This document shows positions 49,917-60,229 of a DNA stretch of 64,000 bases, piece by piece. The translations under genes were made by a program, and so were the position numbers. The notes beneath the pieces are model-generated. The model did not search any database. It saw only the letters and a program-made list of their open reading frames with translations, and was not told where the DNA came from. Where the stretch lies: assembly GCA_963976765.1 (NCBI GenBank), contig CAXBME010000009.1:62001-126000 (forward strand), written 5' to 3'. Positions within the stretch are counted from its first letter, which is position 1, and each line of letters begins with the position of its first letter. This DNA comes from an uncultured Planctomycetaceae bacterium. Its GTDB lineage: Bacteria > Planctomycetota > Planctomycetia > Planctomycetales > Planctomycetaceae.

Positions 49917-50912
49917 ATGAAGACAACTGTTTGTTCCCTGTCGATTGTCGCGATTCTGGCTGTATTGGCATTGCCGAATGCATTCGCGGATGACCAGAAG
50001 CCGAAAAAGGCCGTCCGTAAGATCACACCGGGACAGGTCATCGTTCCGTTCGAACGGATGAGGCGTATCTGGGGCGAGTTGCTAAGTGTCGATCTCGATA
50101 CACGGAAAGGGACGTTTCGCGCTGAACACAATGATGAGGTCTTCCATTTCACGGCCATGCCGTACGCCGAGATGCTGCACCACGCAACGTTTGGCGATCT
50201 GAGTGATTTCAGGATTGGCGAACGGGCCATCTTCCGAATGCACGAAAACGAAGCTGGCGAGTGGGTCTGGCTGACGTACATTCAGGACGAGATGAATATG
50301 CTCAACGGTCACAAGGAGTACTACTTTGTGGACGCCATTGACGCAGAGAATCGCTCGCTGTCATTCACCTGGGCCAAAGGCGATAGAACCTTCACCCGGG
50401 AAACTGGTCTGATCCTGCAGACTGACAAGGACACTCAGTTCTGGGAGGCAGGCAAGCCCGCGACGTTTGCAGACATTAAAGTCGGCGACAGGCTGCGGGC
50501 CAGGACACGGAGTACAGGGAAAGGCCGCGGGCGAATCGCATGGCATGTGTTTCTGGATGACGAAAGTCTGCTGAAGTTTCAGACTGAACAAATGGCGATT
50601 CATCAGAAGAAGATGACGGTCGAAGGGCTGCCAGGCTATGTCGATGTCGTCACGGACAACAGCCTTGAACTCACTCTCTTTCAAGAGGCCAGTGTTCTTG
50701 CAGAGGATCTCAAACCTGGCCGAAAGATTCGAGCTGCCGCTGCCGGAGTGAACCGCAAATCGAAAGGCAACCCGATAGAGGCTGAACTGGTGAGTTGCAA
50801 TCGAATCGGCAAGATCTACAAGGTTGCTTTGAAGACAAAAACTCGACCGGAAGACTTTGAGGTAACCGGTCTCGCTCGGGTCTGGACTATCGGGGAGCCA
50901 GCGGGCGACTGA
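49917..50912 (+). CDS. Secreted hypothetical protein (paralog of the preceding gene)
   Basis: Signal peptide ending AFA-D; shares GEL..D, MxPY and GLP..VD motifs with 48552-49763. Confidence 0.72.
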   Translation: MKTTVCSLSIVAILAVLALPNAFADDQKPKKAVRKITPGQVIVPFERMRRIWGELLSVDLDTRKGTFRAEHNDEVFHFTAMPYAEMLHHATFGDLSDFRIGERAIFRMHENEAGEWVWLTYIQDEMNMLNGHKEYYFVDAIDAENRSLSFTWAKGDRTFTRETGLILQTDKDTQFWEAGKPATFADIKVGDRLRARTRSTGKGRGRIAWHVFLDDESLLKFQTEQMAIHQKKMTVEGLPGYVDVVTDNSLELTLFQEASVLAEDLKPGRKIRAAAAGVNRKSKGNPIEAELVSCNRIGKIYKVALKTKTRPEDFEVTGLARVWTIGEPAGD

Positions 50913-53685
50913 TGAGCATTCTGAGTTTTGACCTGGGACTGACCGGCTTCGTCGCAAGGACATCATCTTCGGTGAAGCGGGCCAGCAGAATTTCGCCGTC
51001 GGTCGATCGGTTGCGATCATACGAGATGTAGATCATGCCGTCGGGAGCCTGGAAACCGTCCGGGTACGAAATCCCTTTCCGTTCGTCGAGCACCAATCCA
51101 CCGTTCCAGGACTTTCCGTCATCGTCGGACAACCACGCACTGAGCTGCACTCGCCCGGAGTGGCCGTCAATTCGGTCGCCGTGTTTAATCAAAAGCAACC
51201 GGCCCGAGGTGAGACGACGGATGTGAAACCGCGCGTTCGGGTGTTTGATCGCCGAGTCAGCGGGCATCGACCACGTCCGGCCATGGTCGGTCGACGTGCA
51301 TTCCATGATCCCCTTCCTCGTACGAGCCAGCATCCAGAGCGAACCGTTCTGGCGTTCGACAATCATGTGCTCGTGCCAGTCGGGATTCGGAAACGTCGCC
51401 ATGCCGCGTCGCTGCCACGTTGCTCCTTTGTCGACCGAGATGAACACGTTGGCTCCCCGCAGCGGATCAAGTTCGCCGAAGCAACCTTTGAACGGCCCAA
51501 ACCCGCCGCGTTGATCCAGTGAGACAGGCAGCATCCACTCGCCAGTCGAAAGTACAGTCGGCTTGTTGAGCGTGACACCATGCCAGATGCGTCGCGGTGC
51601 TGACCACTCAGGCTGATCGGAATCCGGGTTTTCACAGATGGCAGCCCAGACTCCGGCGCGACCATCAAACATATCCATCGACTGGTCGAAGATCAGCCAT
51701 AATCGCCCGAGCGGGTCCGTCCACAGATTGCCAACAAGAATGCTGCGGGGCCGAGGCAATTCGCTGGAGTGCGTATCGATAACCAGTCGCGGTGATGACC
51801 AGCTCTCTCCATCGTCATCACTTGTAGCCAGCACAAAGAATGCTTCCGGGCTATCACCACCGGCCACCCAGCAGGCCCACAAGCGACCGTTGGGTGTGCG
51901 TTCAATCCCGATCGTCATACCGTAGTCGAGCTTGTCGTAGTCGTAGTCCGGCAGCGGCGATGTGTTGAGCTTTGGCGGCACCATTGCGAAGTCCGCGATC
52001 TTCTCCATCTGCCGAATTCGTGCAGCTGTTTCCTCAGGCGACTCGGTCACGGGCTTGACCACTGCCACTTCTGTCCCTTCGCCAGGCACCATAAAGGCCA
52101 GCTTTCGGACACGTAGCCGCTCCCCCTTTTTGAGCATTTTCCGCCACGCGAAGACGCGGTTGATTTCCCCTGGAAAGAGCTGAAATTCAGGCGTGTCCAC
52201 CTTCTCGAAACCCTGCTTCTGCAGCGTCTCACTCTGGTTGGCCGAGTGCGCCTTGCTGAGCGTCATGACAAAGACTTCGCCCGACTTCTGACACTCAACT
52301 TCGTAGCCCTCGATGCTGGTCCGTACGAAATGGCGCCCCATTAGAAAGGCGGGGGCTTCGGTCAGTGTGTAGTCACGATCGGTGAAGAGTTTAACGCCGA
52401 CTTTCATTTCAGCTGCCTGTTGAGGTGGCTTCGGAATCGGCTGGCGTTGCCTGCCGGTTTGCGATGCGAACTCGCCCACCTGTTCCAGGCGGCCGAACGT
52501 GATCGACTCCTTGCGACTGGAAGAGGTGTCACCTTGAGTCACGCAGAGCCAGATCACTCCGCGGTGTTCGCGGAACGTCGGATACTGAAACGACCGAGTT
52601 GATTCGAAGCGATACTTCCTCTCCCAGCTCTTGCCGTCGCGTGAGACGTCAATGTTGAACACGCTCCGGTTGACGCCATGAATTCTGGTCGCCTCCTGCC
52701 AGCCGAGGTAGTACAGGTCACCAAACCGGTCGAACGTCGGCTTGGAATTCACACCGTTTGAAACAAACGGGAGCTCTTTGCCAACAGTCCAGGTTTTGCC
52801 GTCGCGGCTGGTTGTAAAGTGATAGTTGCCGCCATCGTTGCGGCAGATTGCCATCCAGGTTCCATCCGGCAGGCGATTAACGGCCGACTCACTCAAAGCT
52901 GCAGTTTGTGGCTCGTTGTAATGACCGAGAACTTCGAAAGTCACGAAGTCGTCATGCACAAGCGCCAGCGCATTCTGTTTGCCAGGAAAGTTGTTGATCG
53001 CCACATACGTCTGGCCATCGAATCGCTTGAATGAATCAAACAGGTAAAGCCCAAAGTCCCTTGCCGGCTTCGTAAACCCTCGAGCCACAGCGTCGCTGTG
53101 AAAGTGGCGAGGCTGCATGTCGAACGTTCCAGCGGACGTCTTCAGTCTGGCCTTGTGAATTGTCGTTGCGAACGTCTGTGTCGCGATGTTGAAGTCGCGA
53201 TACCATGTTTGTGACTGCCGTTTTCCAGGCTGCTCGCTGGCGAAGTAGCACCGCAAAGTTTTTGTGTCGACCTGAAGAATCCTTGGCACAAAACAGGCTC
53301 CGATCGGCAGCGTTTCATTCTCAAACACCTGCTCAGACCGCGCGAACGGAATGACCTTCTCCACTTCCAGGGTGTCGAGGTTGACGATCGACATCGCGCA
53401 GTAAATCTCGGGCCATGCTGCGCTTTCGCCACCTTTCACATCGTTCACTTCGGCGACGACAAAGGCTTGTTTGTCGACGAATTCCATCTCCGCATCGTGA
53501 GCACCTTTGATCTGCGGAGCGGTAACCGTCACCAGCCGACTCATTACCTCATCACCAGCCAGAGCGGCGTCCCAATCTGGCGGCAGCAGACTTTGAGATT
53601 CGCTTGCCGCACAGATATCTGGCCCAATTTCCGGCAGGCTGATGACACAACCGACGAACACGGCAACCTGAGTCCATTTGAGCAT
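50887..53685 (-). CDS. Secreted double BNR/sialidase-like beta-propeller protein
   Basis: Asp-boxes SRDGKTW, SDDDGESW, STDHGRTW and SDDDGKSW, plus the SYPDG motif. Confidence 0.85.
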   Translation of the reverse strand: MLKWTQVAVFVGCVISLPEIGPDICAASESQSLLPPDWDAALAGDEVMSRLVTVTAPQIKGAHDAEMEFVDKQAFVVAEVNDVKGGESAAWPEIYCAMSIVNLDTLEVEKVIPFARSEQVFENETLPIGACFVPRILQVDTKTLRCYFASEQPGKRQSQTWYRDFNIATQTFATTIHKARLKTSAGTFDMQPRHFHSDAVARGFTKPARDFGLYLFDSFKRFDGQTYVAINNFPGKQNALALVHDDFVTFEVLGHYNEPQTAALSESAVNRLPDGTWMAICRNDGGNYHFTTSRDGKTWTVGKELPFVSNGVNSKPTFDRFGDLYYLGWQEATRIHGVNRSVFNIDVSRDGKSWERKYRFESTRSFQYPTFREHRGVIWLCVTQGDTSSSRKESITFGRLEQVGEFASQTGRQRQPIPKPPQQAAEMKVGVKLFTDRDYTLTEAPAFLMGRHFVRTSIEGYEVECQKSGEVFVMTLSKAHSANQSETLQKQGFEKVDTPEFQLFPGEINRVFAWRKMLKKGERLRVRKLAFMVPGEGTEVAVVKPVTESPEETAARIRQMEKIADFAMVPPKLNTSPLPDYDYDKLDYGMTIGIERTPNGRLWACWVAGGDSPEAFFVLATSDDDGESWSSPRLVIDTHSSELPRPRSILVGNLWTDPLGRLWLIFDQSMDMFDGRAGVWAAICENPDSDQPEWSAPRRIWHGVTLNKPTVLSTGEWMLPVSLDQRGGFGPFKGCFGELDPLRGANVFISVDKGATWQRRGMATFPNPDWHEHMIVERQNGSLWMLARTRKGIMECTSTDHGRTWSMPADSAIKHPNARFHIRRLTSGRLLLIKHGDRIDGHSGRVQLSAWLSDDDGKSWNGGLVLDERKGISYPDGFQAPDGMIYISYDRNRSTDGEILLARFTEDDVLATKPVSPRSKLRMLISRPLAPR

Positions 53686-53851
53686 TGTTCTCTCTTCCTT
53701 TGAGCAGTCTCATTCGGTTTGCGGGCATGGAGGTGGTAACCTTATCCAGACTCGCCCGCGTCGTCGAACTTCGCAACCTTGTATGTCGTATAGCCTGACT
53801 GCTCTATTGTCTGACTGAACGTGTCAACTTTGCTTTTGGAATGAATCCGGG

Positions 53852-56098
<2,247 letters not shown>

Positions 56099-56110
56099 GC
56101 TGGAGCGGTC

Positions 56111-56316
56111 ATGCGGCGACGTGAACTTCTTCAGTCCAGCCTGGCAACTTCGTTATCGGTACCGGGCGTGGAAGCCGCTGCGGGGAAGAAGCCTCCAACA
56201 CTGCTGCGGGCTTTGTGGCAGTGGTCAACATCGGCGATATCACGCGCTCATCTGGTGTGCTGGCACTGGTCAAGAATCATCTTCCTGCTGCACAAATCGG
56301 GACCATCGCTGGTTGA
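56111..56316 (+). pseudogene. Frameshifted 5' remnant of a polysaccharide pyruvyl transferase-like gene
   Basis: Tat signal MRRRELL..., then LLRALWQ. A frame change at about 56221 gives VVNIGDITRSSGVLALVKNHLP, which then stops. Confidence 0.65.
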
Positions 56317-56403
56317 ACTGAAAAGTTGCCTCTTGAACCATCGTTTCTAAGAGCTACGAACGGTGAGTACTGTCAACCTGAACTGATTGCTGCGAGGTTT
56401 GTC

Positions 56404-56814
56404 ATGGCGAGTCGAAAGCGAACTCAGATTACGGTCAACCCCCGAGCCAAGGTCTGGTTCGAGGTTGACGGCAACTATGTCTTCGGGTTGGGTATCTGTT
56501 CCATTCTGGAAGCTGTTGCGGAATCAGGATCAATCAAGGCGTCTGCCGAACTTGTTGGCAAGAGCTATCGGCATGTCTGGTCGCGAATTAAAGAGGCGGA
56601 AGAAGCGCTGGGAATCTCACTGGTCGAAACACAGGTTGGTGGCCCCGACGCACGACGCAGCTCCATAACCGAGGCAGCGGCCCAACTGGTGAAACGCTAC
56701 CGACGACTCCGCGAGCAGGTCTTCTCTGTCGTGGAAAAAAAGTTCGCTGACGACATCCAGACGATTGTCAATGAAGCTGCAAACGCTCCGCACCCGACCG
56801 CACCCGACAATTGA
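56404..56814 (+). CDS. ModE-type winged-helix transcriptional regulator (N-terminal domain only)
   Basis: KVWFE..FG.G..ILEAVAESGSIKASAELVGKSYRHVWSRIKEAEEALGISLVETQVGG; no TOBE/mop domains. Confidence 0.85.
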   Translation: MASRKRTQITVNPRAKVWFEVDGNYVFGLGICSILEAVAESGSIKASAELVGKSYRHVWSRIKEAEEALGISLVETQVGGPDARRSSITEAAAQLVKRYRRLREQVFSVVEKKFADDIQTIVNEAANAPHPTAPDN

Positions 56815-56886
56815 CACTCAACTTACGGTCGCTACGATCTCACACCAAATGGCACAGCCATGCAACCGGCACTGATATGCTATCAG
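56811..56886 (+). promoter_or_regulatory. Putative sigma70 promoter and downstream operator-like palindrome
   Basis: TTGACA-N16-TACGAT (56811-56838) and CTGATA-TGC-TATCAG (56872-56886). Confidence 0.5.
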
Positions 56887-56907
56887 GGGTGGATCGTGAT
56901 CACTGGA

Positions 56908-57519
56908 ATGAAATTAAACCCTGGGTTGCGGGGCGCATCGCGACTGCATGGTCTGACGCATGACAGCGACTCTGTAACGATGATGGAGTTGCTGACGCTG
57001 GTCGGAACAGGTGTGCTGGCCGCCGCCCTTTCGACACTCGTCGACCTGCATCTTCGAGTCCCCGGGCACGCGATCCTGAAAGTCGTCTTCCCGATTTCGG
57101 CAGGATTTGCACTGGTCCCTCGTCGTGGAGCAGGGACAGTCCTGTGCGGGTCGGCCCTGGCAACCGCTCTCTGTCTACGGGGTCTGGGGCTGGGTGGCTC
57201 AGGTCTGGGATTTGGAGCGTTGACCAGCCTCACAGCAATCGGCCCCCTTCTCGACTGGACACTCCGTCGTGCGAAGCCTGGGCGATCTGTCTACATCAGC
57301 GTCATGATTGCTGGATTGCTCGCCAATCTTGCCGCTTTAATCGTGAAGGCGTCGCAGAAAGGATTTGGTCTGGAACCCGCTGGTGGTCGGCCACTGTCAG
57401 TGTGGCTCAGCCAGGCCATTGTGACGTACACGGTGTGCGGACTCGTCGCGGGACTACTGAGCGCCCTGGTCTGGTTCGTGTCGCGTGCAAACAGTGTCGA
57501 TGGAGATGTGCCGCAGTGA
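56908..57519 (+). CDS. Small multi-pass membrane protein, ECF S-component-like
   Basis: About 200 aa with 5-6 TM helices and LHLRVPGHAIL...LVPRRGAGT. Alternative start at 56860. Confidence 0.6.
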   Translation: MKLNPGLRGASRLHGLTHDSDSVTMMELLTLVGTGVLAAALSTLVDLHLRVPGHAILKVVFPISAGFALVPRRGAGTVLCGSALATALCLRGLGLGGSGLGFGALTSLTAIGPLLDWTLRRAKPGRSVYISVMIAGLLANLAALIVKASQKGFGLEPAGGRPLSVWLSQAIVTYTVCGLVAGLLSALVWFVSRANSVDGDVPQ

Positions 57520-58277
57520 TTCTAATCGGCATCGACGACACTGACGTCGCCGGCTCGCGAGGAACTAATCAGCTGGCCCGCCACATCGTGCGGTCGGTTG
57601 CCGCAGACTGGCAATGCCTGTGGATCGTGCGGCATCAGTTGCTTGATGATCCGCGTGTTCCCTGCACGACAAAGAACGGTTCTGCATCAATCGCGCTGGA
57701 ACGTCGTTCCACATCAGACTCGTCTGGACCGGACACCCAGACTGAATCGGGCAAAGACATTACGCCCACTCAAATCAATGCGCTGCTGGCCAGCTGCCGG
57801 GATCTGATGCGTACCGAGTTTATTGATGGCAGCGATCCTGGACTCTGCCTTCTTTCCGGTACCTGCCCGCAAGAGGTGATGGACTGGGGAGTAAGGTGTC
57901 AGCACGAATTTGTCTCACGCGACGTTGCCTATCAGATCGCCAGAGACAACGACGTCCATCTGGAATCACTCGGTGGCACTGAGGATGGAGTGATCGGTGC
58001 CCTCGCCGCTGTGGGTCTTGCGTCATTAAGGAACGATGGCCGAATCGTTCAATGGCGTGAATGGCCGGATGACCTGTCGCACGAACAGAACGTCCAGGCT
58101 CTGGTGGAACGCGATGTGTGGATCTGCCATCGGAGCAGCGGCAACAAGATCAAACGCGGCACGGTCGATGTGGGCAAGCACCTCCGCCCCAACCTGCGAA
58201 GCGGTGCAGCGGTCCTGACCGTCGAGCCAGTCGAGAGCGCGACTCCGCACCATTATCGAGCCCTGAAACTTCCGTAG
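57516..58277 (+). CDS. Stand-alone TiaS N-terminal (kinase-like) domain protein
   Basis: IGIDDTD...GT, RHQLL.DPRVPCTTKNGSAS, SDPGLC and GVIGALAAVG. The GTG start overlaps the upstream stop (GTGA). Confidence 0.8.
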   Translation: MILIGIDDTDVAGSRGTNQLARHIVRSVAADWQCLWIVRHQLLDDPRVPCTTKNGSASIALERRSTSDSSGPDTQTESGKDITPTQINALLASCRDLMRTEFIDGSDPGLCLLSGTCPQEVMDWGVRCQHEFVSRDVAYQIARDNDVHLESLGGTEDGVIGALAAVGLASLRNDGRIVQWREWPDDLSHEQNVQALVERDVWICHRSSGNKIKRGTVDVGKHLRPNLRSGAAVLTVEPVESATPHHYRALKLP

Positions 58278-58289
58278 TGAGCGTCAGTG

Positions 58290-59180
58290 ATGCAACTTTC
58301 TAAACGACAATCGGACCGACGTATTCGAAATGCTTTCACGTTGATCGAATTGCTGGTGGTTATCGCGATCATCGCCATTCTGGTGGCATTGCTTTTGCCG
58401 GCTGTTCAACAGGCGCGCGAGGCCGCGCGTCGCGCTCAGTGTAAAAGCAATATGCGACAGATTGGTCTGGCGCTGCACAACTACCAGGAAGCTCACACCG
58501 TATTTCCTTTCGGCGTCCTGGGAACACAGGGCGGCGGTTCTGCAGGGCATCTCCTGACCACGTGGGAAACGTTGATCCTGCCGTTTGTCGAGCAGGCAAC
58601 GCTGCATTCTCAGTACGACTTTAATGTTCGTTTTGACCATAGCAACAACAGTGACACAGTGGAGCAGCCATTGGCCGTCTACATGTGTCCGACCCAGCCC
58701 GAAACGTCACCTGTCGACAACCTGTATGGCATCAGTCATTACGCCGCGAATGCAGGAACGACTCCGGGAGCCGACGACGGCATGCTGTTTCCACTGTCGG
58801 CGACGCGATTTCGGGATATTACAGACGGCACATCCAACACGATCGCTGCAGGAGAGATCGCGTTTGAATTCGGCGGCTGGGCTCGTGGTGCGATTAACTC
58901 CGGAGGTGGTGGAGGCGGTGGTGGCGGTCAGGGATTTGCGCGAGGTGTAATTCGCTGGTGGAAAGCGTCTCCCAACTGTGCTCAACCCGGAATGAATCTG
59001 CCTGCGACAAGCTGTTCGAACAGTAGCGAGCGACGATTCCAGTTCTCCAGCCCGCACGTTGGCGGCGCGCATTTTTCGCTGGGGGACGGAAGTGGGCGGT
59101 TCATCAGTGAGAATATCGACATCGACGTTTTTCGTGGCCTGGCGACGAGAAACGGCAGTGAAGTTTCGACTGACTACTGA
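58290..59180 (+). CDS. DUF1559 prepilin-type protein
   Basis: [43 protein letters not shown] and [15 protein letters not shown] (H-X9-DG). Confidence 0.95.
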   Translation: MQLSKRQSDRRIRNAFTLIELLVVIAIIAILVALLLPAVQQAREAARRAQCKSNMRQIGLALHNYQEAHTVFPFGVLGTQGGGSAGHLLTTWETLILPFVEQATLHSQYDFNVRFDHSNNSDTVEQPLAVYMCPTQPETSPVDNLYGISHYAANAGTTPGADDGMLFPLSATRFRDITDGTSNTIAAGEIAFEFGGWARGAINSGGGGGGGGGQGFARGVIRWWKASPNCAQPGMNLPATSCSNSSERRFQFSSPHVGGAHFSLGDGSGRFISENIDIDVFRGLATRNGSEVSTDY

Positions 59181-59454
59181 TTCCCAGTGAAAGGCTACGC
59201 AAGCGAAAGCCCCGCGTAACCGACCAGGAACGCCCGACGCCGCAGAACTGGATATCGTCGAGCCTGGGTCCGGTCCGAAGCCCCGCCGTCCAGAAGTCGA
59301 CCACTGCGTCTGATGCTGTCTCGCTGCGCGAATCCTGGGCCGTGTTAATGAATACTTGCCGCACAACGGCTAATCTGGTGACGTCCTCAAGGACGCATTC
59401 AGTGGCCAGCCCACACCTCCTGCCGGGACGGCGATGAGCCTTCAGGAGGCAACT

Positions 59455-59487
59455 ATGACAACAACAGAAAATGAGGCCGCGACGTGA
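59455..59487 (+). other. 10-codon uORF (MTTTENEAAT), or frameshifted 5' end of doxX
   Basis: AGGAGG SD 5 nt before the ATG; the TGA overlaps the doxX GTG (GTGA). Confidence 0.5.
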
Positions 59488-59888
59488 AGGTTTCAAAATC
59501 AAGCATCGCAGGGTGGGTTCTGAGCAGTCTCCTCGCTGCGCTCCTCATCGTTGGAAGCGCCAGTGGAAAGTTCACCGAATGGGAAGGCAAGGCGGACATG
59601 TTTGCGAAGCTCGGCTGGTCCGCCGAAGTCATGTTCAGGATCGGTCTCGTCGAGGTCGCCTGCGCAATCCTGTTTCTGATCCCGCGGACGTCGTTCGTTG
59701 CGGCAATTCTATTGACAGGTTATCTGGGCGGAGCGACGGCGACTCATATTCGAGTCGGCGACCCATTCCATATGCCCGTCATCATTGGAGTCGTTGTCTG
59801 GACTTCCCTGGGCCTGAGAGATCCTCGCATATTTTCTGCGGCGTTTCAGAAACAACCGAGCCGCCGCACTACAAGTTCTGAGGAGTGA
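59484..59888 (+). CDS. DoxX-family membrane protein
   Basis: IGLVEVACAILFLIPRTSFVAAILLTGYLGGATATHIR. Confidence 0.88.
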   Translation: MKVSKSSIAGWVLSSLLAALLIVGSASGKFTEWEGKADMFAKLGWSAEVMFRIGLVEVACAILFLIPRTSFVAAILLTGYLGGATATHIRVGDPFHMPVIIGVVVWTSLGLRDPRIFSAAFQKQPSRRTTSSEE

Positions 59889-60229
59889 TCGCGAGGATTT
59901 GCCATGATGCTTGAACTGCGCAGTGCAATTGATTCTCGGCGCGAAAAAGTGCGGCATCAACCGAAAATACCTGCCCAAGGTTACGCTGGGTGGTCGGTTC
60001 ATCGAAGCGGAATCCGGCACGATCATCAACGTCGAACAACGCTGCTACGACATCAAATGGAGTGACAATGGCGTCCATTGGCGAGCCGTTTTCACCGTTC
60101 CGAAAGACGACGTGGGGCGGGACACGGCGGTCGTGGTCTATGAGAAAGTCAACGCTGTTCGTCAGTGATCAACTCCGCGTTTTACTTCATCACGATTCTG
60201 AATCTATTCTTCACAGGACTCGTCACAGC

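Noticed and set aside
57516..58277. True tRNA(Ile2) agmatinylcytidine synthetase (tiaS)
   Set aside because: Only the N-terminal domain is present; the OB and Zn-ribbon tRNA-binding parts are missing.
58900..58935. GGN repeat as a phase-variable tract in DUF1559
   Set aside because: It is an in-frame poly-Gly linker with mixed codons.
59911..60168. 85-aa ORF between doxX and the serine hydrolase
   Set aside because: TTG start, no RBS and no recognisable family. It may be a 3' gene remnant but cannot be supported.
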